Shown piece after piece: positions 43,549 through 52,852 of a DNA stretch of 64,000 nt (positions are counted from its first letter, which is position 1; each line of letters starts with the position of its first letter). Both the position numbers and the translations under genes were made by a program. Origin of the DNA: Fidelibacterota bacterium (GTDB lineage Bacteria; Fidelibacterota; Marinisomatia; Marinisomatales; Marinisomataceae); assembly GCA_965212055.1 (NCBI GenBank), contig OZ243041.1, positions 64,001 to 128,000 of the forward strand. Reading direction: 5' to 3'. The notes under the pieces were generated by a model. It ran no database searches. It was not told where the DNA came from and saw only the letters and a program-made list of their open reading frames with translations.

Positions 43549-44310
43549 CTAATTTGGAATACGATCTGGAAAATCTGTAATAATACCATCTATACCAAAT
43601 TCTATAGCATGACTAATTGCAGCAGGTTCATTGATAGTCCAGGAATATATTTTAAAGCCTGCTTTATGAATTGTATTAACAATTTCTTGGTCTAAAGAAG
43701 AAAAATTTGGATGTATAGCAACTGCATCAAGTTTAATTGCTATATCAATCACTTCATTTAGTGTATTATTTTCGTTTAATATTCCAATTGGAATATCTGT
43801 GTTCTCATTTTTAAATATTGTTAATTCATCCCAATCAAAACTTGATACTATTAATTGCTCTACTTCCCATTTGGTGTTTGTGATGAAATCTTTCAAAATA
43901 GAAGCAGTAGGGACTGCCGTATTTTTCCCCTTTAATTCAACATTTAATAGTATGTCTCCATTAATTAGTTCAAGGACTTCTTCTAATGTTGGTATTTTAT
44001 ATTTTCCTTCTACTAAAATATTGTTGAGAGAATCAAGAGTAGTTTCTTCAATGAAACCATTTCTATTAGTGAGTCGACTTAATTCTTTGTCATGAAAAAC
44101 AACAATTTCACCTGATGCACAACGAAATACATCAATTTCTACTCCATCTACATTGAGATCTATTGCTTTTTGAATAGATTCCAAAGTGTTTTCGGCGACA
44201 TGCCCACGAGCTCCTCTGTGTCCTATATTTAATATCTCTTTGTTATTACAAGAACTAAGTATCATTATAAAAAGTAAAGAATATATATTTTTTATAAAAT
44301 TAGTTTCCAT
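43549..44310 (-). CDS. Glycerophosphodiester phosphodiesterase, probable lipoprotein
   Basis: GHRG, ENT, EIDV, HD, NVELK, WTIN, DGIITDFP; lipobox LSSC. Confidence 0.92.
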   Translation of the reverse strand: METNFIKNIYSLLFIMILSSCNNKEILNIGHRGARGHVAENTLESIQKAIDLNVDGVEIDVFRCASGEIVVFHDKELSRLTNRNGFIEETTLDSLNNILVEGKYKIPTLEEVLELINGDILLNVELKGKNTAVPTASILKDFITNTKWEVEQLIVSSFDWDELTIFKNENTDIPIGILNENNTLNEVIDIAIKLDAVAIHPNFSSLDQEIVNTIHKAGFKIYSWTINEPAAISHAIEFGIDGIITDFPDRIPN

Positions 44311-45535
44311 TATGAATTTCTACTGCAGCACGTAATCCAGAAAATAATGCGCCTTGCATCCATCCGTGATAATCAGATGCATGTTCCCCTGCAAAATGAA
44401 TCCGTTCTTCTGCTGCACCAATATGAGCAGCAAGAGCTGCATCTTGTGATGAAGTAGGTGATGCCCATGCTCCTTTAGACCATTCTTCTAGAGCCCATGA
44501 TTGAGTAGTTCCACTTTCTAGATTATTTGTGGCACCAGGAAAAATATTTTCCCATCTATTTAAGACAGAGTTTATACGTTCTTGTTCGGTTAACACATCC
44601 ATTTCTTCTGCTCTGCTGTAGCGCAAATAGGACATAATGATACCACGAGGGCCATTAAGATCCCAAGTAGGTTGCCATATTTCTTCTGGAAAATCAGTGT
44701 TCCCCCATCCGTTTAACCCCTCATTTTCCCAAAATCGATTTTGAAATTGAATATAAGTTCTAGTTGAAGGGGCATAACGATACCCACCATTCATTGCTGT
44801 TTGTTTTTCTGAGGATAAAGATGGTGTAAATTGAATTTTATTTAGCACTGTTAATGGAACAGTGCACAATGCTCTATCTCCTATAAATTCAGTACCATTG
44901 GTTGTTCGAACAGTAACACCAGTAGATTGTTGTTCAACGGATTGCACTGGCATTCCAAGTGCTATGTGTTGATTAAGATAATCAGAAAATGCATATGGAA
45001 GACGATCTGATCCTCCACGAATTTTCACGTAATCTTTACGCAAAACTGAACCATAGGTTGCATTAAGGTAATTACTATTTGAAATCAATTCACGATTTCC
45101 ATCTACCACATCTACATAAGACCCTGATGTTGCATAAAATGGATCTAATTCTAAATTAAAATGATTTGCATATCCCAATGTTAAATCATGGCTAGGTTTA
45201 ATTCTTGCAGCTCCACCTTCGGCAAAGTGATTGTCAGCAAATGGAGATCGAATTGTAAACACTCTTCCGCCAATGCGATTTCTTGCTTCTAAAATTGTAA
45301 CATCATGTCCAGCCCTATTTAATTCGTAAGCAGCAACTAACCCTGAAAGTCCCGCACCAATAACAATGACTTTCTTAGAAGGTCTATTCCCACTAAGCAT
45401 TCCTGGTGAATAAGTAATTATAGGATTTTCTTCTGTTGGGCTTGATTGATTATCTTCACAGGATGGAATAAGTGTTGCTCCTGCTGCAATAATGATACTT
45501 CTTCGAATAAATTCTCGTCTTGTTATATCAGACAT
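44300..45535 (-). CDS. Flavin monoamine oxidase family protein with Tat signal
   Basis: TRREFI twin-arginine motif and Cys26; GAGLSG, EARNRIGGRV, HFAGEH..GWMQGA..SG.RAA. Confidence 0.88.
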   Translation of the reverse strand: MSDITRREFIRRSIIIAAGATLIPSCEDNQSSPTEENPIITYSPGMLSGNRPSKKVIVIGAGLSGLVAAYELNRAGHDVTILEARNRIGGRVFTIRSPFADNHFAEGGAARIKPSHDLTLGYANHFNLELDPFYATSGSYVDVVDGNRELISNSNYLNATYGSVLRKDYVKIRGGSDRLPYAFSDYLNQHIALGMPVQSVEQQSTGVTVRTTNGTEFIGDRALCTVPLTVLNKIQFTPSLSSEKQTAMNGGYRYAPSTRTYIQFQNRFWENEGLNGWGNTDFPEEIWQPTWDLNGPRGIIMSYLRYSRAEEMDVLTEQERINSVLNRWENIFPGATNNLESGTTQSWALEEWSKGAWASPTSSQDAALAAHIGAAEERIHFAGEHASDYHGWMQGALFSGLRAAVEIHNGN

Positions 45536-45546
45536 ATTTTTGTCGG

Positions 45547-47163
45547 TTACATTTTTTCTGGTGCTTGAATTCCAAGAATTGATAATCCAATTTTGAGAAC
45601 AATTTGTGTAGCCTCACATAATTGCATTCTAGCAAGCGATAAATCAATGTTATCTTGATTAATTACTTTATGATTGCCATAAAATTTGTGATAATGTGCT
45701 GCTAAATCTTCAAGATATGTTGCCAGCTGTTTTGGTTCTAATGATTCATACACTTGATTCATTTTAGTAGGGAAGTCAGACAGTTTTTTCATCAAAGCTA
45801 TCTCATCGTCTTCTTTCAATAGGTTTAAATTAGTTTTGCTTTTACTTTTAATTTCTTTATTAAATCTTGTTAATAAATTTGCAATACGAGCATGAGCATA
45901 CTGCAGATAATAAACAGGATTTTTTTCAGATTCATCCATTGCTAAATCTAAATCGAAATCCAAATGAGTATTTACTCCACGCATAATAAAAAAATACCTT
46001 ATAACATCTGAATTCAATTTTTCAATTAGTTCATCCAAAGTAACAAAATTTGCTTTTCGGGTAGACATTTTTACTATCTGATTGTCTTTCTTTAAAGTCA
46101 CAAATTGGTGTATTACAACTTTAATATGATTAGTAGGCGTTCCTAGTGCATCTAAAGCGAGTAGTACATCTGGATAAGAATCAATATGATCTGCTCCAAA
46201 CACATCTACAATCAAATCAAACCCTCTTTCAACTTTATCAATATGGTATGCGATATCTGGTAATCTATATGTTGGTTCTCCAGAGCTTTTTACTAACACT
46301 TTATCTTCTTTTCTTCCCAGTTTTGTTGTCTTAAACCATGTTGCTCCATCTTTATTGTAAGAAAGAGATAGCTTTGCTAGTTTTTCTAATACTTCATCAA
46401 TGGAACCATTATCGTAAAAACTTTTTTCTTTGGAAAAAATATCAAAAACAACATTTAAACTACTCAACGTACTTTGAATATTGTCAAAAATTTGTTTTTC
46501 AGTAAACGTTCTAAATTGTTCGTCTTTCTCGTTTAATTCGTTACCAAATTTTTTAAGAATTTGATCTGCAATTTCATCAAGATATTCTCCAACATATGCA
46601 TTTTCTTGGGATTGAAATTCTTTACCAATTTTTTTAGCATATTTTGCGTAACAAGACTCTGCTAAAATTTGCATCTGTTTACCAGCATCATTATAATAAT
46701 ATTCTCTTGTAACTTTATAATTATGCCATGATAGTATGTTCGATATTACATCTCCTAAGACTGCTTGTCTTCCGTGTCCGATTGTGAGTGGACCAGTTGG
46801 ATTACAACTTACAAATTCTACATTGGCTGATTGTGTTTTACCAGTAGGTCTACCAAATTTTTTTTGATTTTTTAAAATATTACTAAGATTATTTATATAA
46901 TAATCTAATTCTACATTAAAATTAACAAATCCTGGTTCTGTAATAAATACTGAGAACAGTGTTTTATCTTTATTATGATCTAAAACTTCATTGGCTATGT
47001 TGATTGGTGACGTTTGTGATATCTTACCAAGGACTAAAGCGATATTTGATGAATAATCTCCAAATCCTTTCTTCACATTTTTTGTAATACTCCAGTTTGT
47101 GTTCTTGATTTTCTTTTTTTCTAAATAAGAAGAAAGAAATTGTTCTATTTTTTTTTCAATCAT
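45547..47163 (-). CDS. argS: Arginine--tRNA ligase
   Basis: VEFVSCNPTGPLTIGHGR (HIGH variant), KMSTRK, YLQYAHARI, C-terminal APEKM. Confidence 0.97.
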   Translation of the reverse strand: MIEKKIEQFLSSYLEKKKIKNTNWSITKNVKKGFGDYSSNIALVLGKISQTSPINIANEVLDHNKDKTLFSVFITEPGFVNFNVELDYYINNLSNILKNQKKFGRPTGKTQSANVEFVSCNPTGPLTIGHGRQAVLGDVISNILSWHNYKVTREYYYNDAGKQMQILAESCYAKYAKKIGKEFQSQENAYVGEYLDEIADQILKKFGNELNEKDEQFRTFTEKQIFDNIQSTLSSLNVVFDIFSKEKSFYDNGSIDEVLEKLAKLSLSYNKDGATWFKTTKLGRKEDKVLVKSSGEPTYRLPDIAYHIDKVERGFDLIVDVFGADHIDSYPDVLLALDALGTPTNHIKVVIHQFVTLKKDNQIVKMSTRKANFVTLDELIEKLNSDVIRYFFIMRGVNTHLDFDLDLAMDESEKNPVYYLQYAHARIANLLTRFNKEIKSKSKTNLNLLKEDDEIALMKKLSDFPTKMNQVYESLEPKQLATYLEDLAAHYHKFYGNHKVINQDNIDLSLARMQLCEATQIVLKIGLSILGIQAPEKM

Positions 47164-47492
47164 TATACATTGACTTTTTTTGCATCAAACCAAATTCGTT
47201 CAAGATTGTAATATTTTCTTATTTCATCAAAAAAAATATGTACCACAATATCTACATAATCAATTATTACCCAATTTAAATGTTCATATCCCTCAACTCG
47301 CCAAGCATTTTCATTCACATTGTCTCTAATATTATCCGTAATTGATTTTACTTGAATAGTATTGGATGCAGAACAGATAATAAAATATTTTGATAAAGAA
47401 GTCACTTTTGAAACATCAAGGGCTAAAATATCTTCAGCTTTTTTTTCTTTTGCACACCCAATAATCTCATTTAGTAATTTTTTTGTAGTCAT
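47163..47492 (-). CDS. rsfS: Ribosome silencing factor
   Basis: KKAEDI..LDV, YFIICS, EG..WVIIDY.DIVVHIF..R.YYNLERIW. Confidence 0.94.
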   Translation of the reverse strand: MTTKKLLNEIIGCAKEKKAEDILALDVSKVTSLSKYFIICSASNTIQVKSITDNIRDNVNENAWRVEGYEHLNWVIIDYVDIVVHIFFDEIRKYYNLERIWFDAKKVNV

Positions 47493-47974
47493 TTATTCAA
47501 GTTAATAAAATCTGCGTAGTCCTTTCCAACAATTATTTGAATATCTTCATCAAAATCAAGAGTTGAATTAAACTCTATATTGGAATCACTTATCTTCATT
47601 CCAAGGATTGTTAATATATTTTCAATATTAGTATTGTTTTCGTTAATAATAATTACCTTTGTACTTTCGTAATCAAATTTGTTCTCACCTTCTTCATCTT
47701 TGGCATTTTCAGTTCTAGTAATGATTAACCCATAGTTATTATTTAAAAAAGAAGAAAATTGATCTCCAACACCACGTTCACCGCAGCCGTTTAATACCGC
47801 CACCCTTAATGTGCGAGATTTTTCGTTTTCGAATAATTTAATTTTAGGATTTTCTGAATTAATTTTAATCTCATTACTAATATTGTTTGTATTAAAATTT
47901 TTTGAAATTGACCAGCCAAACAGCATAATTGTAATAATTAAAAAAGTAATAATAAAATTAAGAAAATATTTCAT
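47489..47974 (-). CDS. LytR C-terminal domain-containing membrane protein
   Basis: N-terminal TM; VAVLNGCG..GVG and DIQIIVGKDY motifs. Confidence 0.82.
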   Translation of the reverse strand: MKYFLNFIITFLIITIMLFGWSISKNFNTNNISNEIKINSENPKIKLFENEKSRTLRVAVLNGCGERGVGDQFSSFLNNNYGLIITRTENAKDEEGENKFDYESTKVIIINENNTNIENILTILGMKISDSNIEFNSTLDFDEDIQIIVGKDYADFINLNK

Positions 47975-48690
47975 TCTTCAAATGATTCTAATTGTTTGAT
48001 AGTATTAATACCCATGATTTCTTTAGGATCATCAATCGTTTTTGTTTTAACAATGCCGTTGTTATTAATCAGTTCTATTACATCTGTTAAATAATATTCC
48101 TTCGATTCATTGTTAGATTTTATTTTTTCTAAGTTTTTGAATAATTCTGAAATTTTAAAAATATAAATTCCTGGATTCATTTCTTTAATGGTTTTTTCTG
48201 ATATATTACAATCTTTCTCCTCAATAATTTTGATTAGGTTTCCTGATTGGTCTCTTATAATTCTTCCGTAGCCAGTTGGATTTTCCACTATTGCTGTTAT
48301 CATTGTAGCATCTGTATTGTGTTTAATATGTTCATCTACCATTGGTAATAGTGTACTATATTTGATATTTGGGACATCACCATACAAAATTAATAAATGC
48401 CCATTCTTGTCATACAGTTTGTTACCTAATTGTAAAACTGCATGTCCAGTGCCAAGTTGTTCTTTTTGTTCTATATATTCTATATTTGGATTATTAATGT
48501 GATTAATAACCAATTCTTTTTTGAAACCTACTACAGTAAAAATTTTTTCAGGATTTAGTTTATAAGCAGTTTCTAATACATAGTCAATAATTGCTTTGTT
48601 CCCGAGAGTATGTAATACTTTAGGAATGTCTGATTTCATCCTTGTGCCTTTCCCAGCGGCCAGTATTCCGATAAAGAAATTTTTATTCAT
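47971..48690 (-). CDS. Nucleotidyltransferase corresponding to the GlmU uridyltransferase domain only
   Basis: LAAGKGTRMKS..PKVLH, QLGTGHAV, YGDVP, PTGYGRI, EYYLTD, MGINT; ends before any hexapeptide repeats. Confidence 0.88.
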   Translation of the reverse strand: MNKNFFIGILAAGKGTRMKSDIPKVLHTLGNKAIIDYVLETAYKLNPEKIFTVVGFKKELVINHINNPNIEYIEQKEQLGTGHAVLQLGNKLYDKNGHLLILYGDVPNIKYSTLLPMVDEHIKHNTDATMITAIVENPTGYGRIIRDQSGNLIKIIEEKDCNISEKTIKEMNPGIYIFKISELFKNLEKIKSNNESKEYYLTDVIELINNNGIVKTKTIDDPKEIMGINTIKQLESFEE

Positions 48691-49795
48691 CTAATGTTTT
48701 ATTTAAAAAGGGTATATCTCTTTTTGAAATAATACCCCCACCAACACAAATATTATTTTTGTCATAAAATACTATTGATTGTCCAGGTGTAATAGCTTTT
48801 TGCTTTAATTTAAATTTAACTAGATATGAATTTTGATTTAAACAAAAAACTGAACATGTTTTATCATTATCGCGATAACGTACTTTAGCATATAATTGTT
48901 TTGGAAAGTGAGTTGGTTTTTGAGAAATCCAGTTGACATTATTAACAATAATTTTTTTACTAAATAATGCCGGATGATTTCCTCCTTGTGCAACAAATAC
49001 AATATTTTTTTTAATGTCTTTTTTGACAACATACCAGGGTTTATCTGCTGCACTCAATCTCGCACCAATTCCTAATCCTTTGCGTTGTCCAATAGTAAAA
49101 TAAATATGACCATTATGTGTACCTAACACATCTCCATCAATAGAAATAATTTTTCCTTTCTTTATATTGATATATTGCCCAACAAAATCATTATATTTTC
49201 TTTCTCCAATAAAACATATACCGGTGCTATCTTTTTTATTATGGTTGATTAATCCATTTTTCTTTGCAATTTTTCTTACCTCTTTTTTTTGTATTTCTCC
49301 GAGAGGGAATATGGCATGTTTCAATTCTTTTTGACCTAATTGATACAAGAAATAGCTTTGGTCTTTTGATTGATCTGTAGCTTTTTCTAAATAATTAATA
49401 GAATTGATTATCGTTTTTTTAGCATAATGTCCTGTTGCAATTTTTTTTGCATTTAATTTCTTTGCATATTTTTGAAATACTTCAAATTTAATTTCTTTAT
49501 TACATAAGACATCTGGATTGGGAGTAAGTCCTTCAAGATGATCATCTAAAAATTGTTTAAACACTTTATTTTTGTAAGATTTAGTATAATCTATTTTATG
49601 TAACGGGATATTTAATTTTTGAGATACAGACAACGCATCAGCATAATCATCTTCTGCTGAACAGATCGCATGTTTATCATCCCAATTTTTCATGAATACT
49701 CCTTCAACATCATATCCATCTCTTTGTAAAAGCAATGCAGCCACTGAGCTATCAACACCTCCACTCATTCCTAATACTATTTTTTCTTTTTTCAT
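48683..49795 (-). CDS. mnmA: tRNA-specific 2-thiouridylase
   Basis: GMSGGVDSSV, TPNPDVLCN, TGHYA, KDQSYFL, DSTGICFIG, TPGQ. Confidence 0.97.
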   Translation of the reverse strand: MKKEKIVLGMSGGVDSSVAALLLQRDGYDVEGVFMKNWDDKHAICSAEDDYADALSVSQKLNIPLHKIDYTKSYKNKVFKQFLDDHLEGLTPNPDVLCNKEIKFEVFQKYAKKLNAKKIATGHYAKKTIINSINYLEKATDQSKDQSYFLYQLGQKELKHAIFPLGEIQKKEVRKIAKKNGLINHNKKDSTGICFIGERKYNDFVGQYINIKKGKIISIDGDVLGTHNGHIYFTIGQRKGLGIGARLSAADKPWYVVKKDIKKNIVFVAQGGNHPALFSKKIIVNNVNWISQKPTHFPKQLYAKVRYRDNDKTCSVFCLNQNSYLVKFKLKQKAITPGQSIVFYDKNNICVGGGIISKRDIPFLNKTLDE

Positions 49796-49828
49796 ACTAT
49801 TTCAGTTCCTATCTTAAGGAAAAAAAGT

Positions 49829-50734
49829 ATGACTTCAAATCAATCACATCAGACACTAATTGCAGGATCTATCAGTATAGATAAAATTATCAATAAATAT
49901 GGTACTTATGAGAATGTGTTAGGCGGATCTGCCGCCTATGCTTTATTATCTACCCACAAGAAAAAGTGTCAGCTTATTGGAGTCGTTGGAAGCGATTTTC
50001 CAGATCAATATTTAAACTTATTCGATATCCATTCAATTACCCTCGATGATTTAATTGTTGCTGATGGAAAAACATTTACATGGGGCGGAGAGTATACACC
50101 AGATTTTTCTAGTAGAGAAACGCTATATGTTGATCCAGGTATTGCTGAGAGCTGTTTGCCTGTATTGTCTAGTGAATCAAAACAATGTAAATACCTTCTG
50201 TTGGGCAATACATCACCAAACGTACAGTTGTCTATTTTAGATCAAATAGAATCAAAGCCTTTTATCGTATTAGATACATTTAAATTATATATTGATATTG
50301 CGCTAGAAGATTTAAAAAAGACTATGCAGCGTTCCGATTTATTATGTATTAACTATAATGAAGCATTATATCTATCTAAACTTTCAAATCCTTCACTGGA
50401 TGATATTGCGAAGTGTATTCTAGATATGGGTGTTAAAAGTTTAATTATTAAAAGAGGAGAAGAAGGTGCTTCGTTTTTTGATAATCAAGACAATTTTTCT
50501 ATTGCAGCATATTATGTGAATCAAGTAATGGACACAACAGGCGCTGGAGATAGTTTCGCCGGTGGATTGATATCAAGTTTAATGAATGGAGCTGATATTA
50601 AAGAAGCTATGGTAGAAGGGTCAGTAATGGCATCATTTTGTATTGAAAACATTGCACATAGGGGACTTATCTCATTTTCAGAGGAAGAATATACATTAAG
50701 AAAAAAATGGCTTCAATCTAGCCTTACAACTTGA
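49829..50734 (+). CDS. PfkB family carbohydrate/nucleoside kinase
   Basis: GGSAAY, G.VG.DF, NYNEA, DTTGAGDSFAGG. Confidence 0.92.
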   Translation: MTSNQSHQTLIAGSISIDKIINKYGTYENVLGGSAAYALLSTHKKKCQLIGVVGSDFPDQYLNLFDIHSITLDDLIVADGKTFTWGGEYTPDFSSRETLYVDPGIAESCLPVLSSESKQCKYLLLGNTSPNVQLSILDQIESKPFIVLDTFKLYIDIALEDLKKTMQRSDLLCINYNEALYLSKLSNPSLDDIAKCILDMGVKSLIIKRGEEGASFFDNQDNFSIAAYYVNQVMDTTGAGDSFAGGLISSLMNGADIKEAMVEGSVMASFCIENIAHRGLISFSEEEYTLRKKWLQSSLTT

Positions 50735-50759
50735 AATCACTATATAATAATACTAACTT
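50731..50759 (+). promoter_or_regulatory. Putative promoter of the TPR protein gene
   Basis: TTGAAA (50731-50736), 17 bp, TAACTT(G) (50754-50759); SD GGAGG follows. Confidence 0.5.
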
Positions 50760-50780
50760 GACCAATCGGAGGAATATTAG

Positions 50781-51881
50781 ATGATTAATACAAAAAAACT
50801 TTTTCTTTTTACAATCATGTTTTCTTTTCTTTTTTCTCAAGGGAAAGATTTGAATTCAGCTAAAGTATATATTAAAGATAAAGACTGGAAACAAGCTGAA
50901 ATGTTTCTTTTAAAAGCAGTAGAACATCCAAATGATCAATGGGAAGCTGCTTTTCATTTAGGGGATAAAGTTTATGTTAGAAGTCAAGATTGGGCGAAGG
51001 TAAAACAATACCTAGATCTTGCAGGTACTGCTCCAGAAAAGTTAAAAATTAGGCCAACTAGAAATGATAGTAAAATACCAATACAAACTGCAATTACTGC
51101 TTCGTTGACAAAGAGTTTTAACATTATTTATTTTAAAGCAGCAGGCTATATAGCTCTTATTAATAGAACAGCAGATATTGAACAACAAAATAGGTTTATT
51201 GATCAGGCCATTATTGCTTCAAAGCAAGCTGAAAATTTAGATCCAACTCAACCTGGAGCATATGCTCTTCTTGCGGTTTATTATTCTTTAAAAAAAGATA
51301 AAGAAAATACCATTAAATATGCTAATGCATCACTTGCACTCCCAGATACAGCTGATGATATTCGACTACAGCTTCTTGTGAATGCTGGGGATTGTTCAGT
51401 CCGTGTCAATGAGTTAGATATGGCATCTGCCTATCTTGAGCGTGCATTATTAATTGATCCCGATGATGTTAGCGTTTTAAAAAGTGTAGCAACAGTCTAT
51501 GTTGGGAGAAATGATCTAGATAAGGCATTAGATATTTTTATTAGAACGCTTGAACAAACAGAAGATGATCAAGAAAAAGCTGATTTACATTTTAATTTAG
51601 GTACTGTTTACCTCAAACAGGGCAATTCAGGTGAAGCAGAGTATCATTTTGAAGAAGCATTTTATTTAAATCCAGATGATACTGAGGCTATATTTAGACT
51701 TGCACGTACTCTAGAAGAATCAGCACGATGGAGGCCTGCCTTAAACTATTATAAAGATTTAATTGATATGGATCCGAATAATCCAGACTATTACCGAGGA
51801 GCATATAGAGCCTCTTTTAATGATGGAGATCCAATCACCGCTAATGAATATCTTCAGAAAGCTAAACAGTTAGAAAATTAA
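50781..51881 (+). CDS. Exported tetratricopeptide repeat protein
   Basis: Signal peptide; multiple TPR units (e.g. LHFNLGTVYLKQG..EA..HFEEAFYLNPDD). Confidence 0.88.
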   Translation: MINTKKLFLFTIMFSFLFSQGKDLNSAKVYIKDKDWKQAEMFLLKAVEHPNDQWEAAFHLGDKVYVRSQDWAKVKQYLDLAGTAPEKLKIRPTRNDSKIPIQTAITASLTKSFNIIYFKAAGYIALINRTADIEQQNRFIDQAIIASKQAENLDPTQPGAYALLAVYYSLKKDKENTIKYANASLALPDTADDIRLQLLVNAGDCSVRVNELDMASAYLERALLIDPDDVSVLKSVATVYVGRNDLDKALDIFIRTLEQTEDDQEKADLHFNLGTVYLKQGNSGEAEYHFEEAFYLNPDDTEAIFRLARTLEESARWRPALNYYKDLIDMDPNNPDYYRGAYRASFNDGDPITANEYLQKAKQLEN

Positions 51882-52852
51882 TATATTGACTGTCCAGTAT
51901 GTTCTCTATAGAAATCAAATAAAGCTTCTTCAATAGCCGACCCTAATGCGCCGTATGCTCTTGCTGTATCGCGTGCACGATCATAATTAGCTTCAATTTG
52001 AATAACATTGATTTCCCCAACTGCATACGTACTAGTTGTGTATCCTCCGGTGAAATAAGGATCTGCGCCTGGAGATGCTGTTGTTGTGCTTGGTACAGCA
52101 TCAAAAGTATACACATCACTTCCAGTACCAGCGCTTGAATAGCTGTATGACTTAGTGACAATTAAGCCACCAAAACTTGTAGGTCCTCTTAATACTTCAG
52201 AAAAAGTTCCTGCACTTAAAGAAGCAATTTGCGAAAGACTACTTTTTTCAGCATATGTTGGAGCATTGATTTGAACATTCCCAAGGCCTAAGTCATTGGA
52301 GTCTAATAAATAACCAAGCTCTAGTCGTTGAATATCATGACCATGACCATGTAAATCTAATAACACTCCAGAATCAAAATATGTTTCGACAGTATCAATT
52401 GCAGTTTGAATAAATGTATGATAAGCATTATATGCTTGTTCGGCACCTAAATTCCCTTGCGCTGCTTCCACTATCTCTCGATTGGGATCTAATTTCGTTC
52501 TATGCAGATTAGAAACAATAACATGTGGGAATAATCCACCAGATCGTTGTACAAAGTGATATGCAAAACGTTCTGCAACTTTTTGGGCATTCATATCGCG
52601 TGTTGTGACTCCAGAAGTTCTGTCAGGGATTGATGATGGAGTTAATGTACCATCATGTGCTACAGTAATAATAACAGGAGTATTGCCTGCAAGGTAATCA
52701 ACATATCCTAATGTATCTCCATAATGTTGTCCAGGAATGTATGCAACATCAGGAACTATTTCGTCTGGTGTTACTGCTTTATTACCACCACCACAACTAA
52801 TAATAAAAATAGAAATTAGAATAATGTTAATATGTAGATGCTTGATTGCCAT
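51878..52852 (-). CDS. N-formylglutamate amidohydrolase-like lipoprotein
   Basis: Lipobox IISC; IITVAHDG, D, R.KLDPNR, LDLHGH, PYFTGGY, IQIE motifs. Confidence 0.65.
   Translation of the reverse strand: MAIKHLHINIILISIFIISCGGGNKAVTPDEIVPDVAYIPGQHYGDTLGYVDYLAGNTPVIITVAHDGTLTPSSIPDRTSGVTTRDMNAQKVAERFAYHFVQRSGGLFPHVIVSNLHRTKLDPNREIVEAAQGNLGAEQAYNAYHTFIQTAIDTVETYFDSGVLLDLHGHGHDIQRLELGYLLDSNDLGLGNVQINAPTYAEKSSLSQIASLSAGTFSEVLRGPTSFGGLIVTKSYSYSSAGTGSDVYTFDAVPSTTTASPGADPYFTGGYTTSTYAVGEINVIQIEANYDRARDTARAYGALGSAIEEALFDFYREHTGQSIY

Noticed and set aside
42136..45546. Intact prophage or integrative element at ssrA
   Set aside because: No integrase, phage genes or duplicated tmRNA 3' end found by eye.
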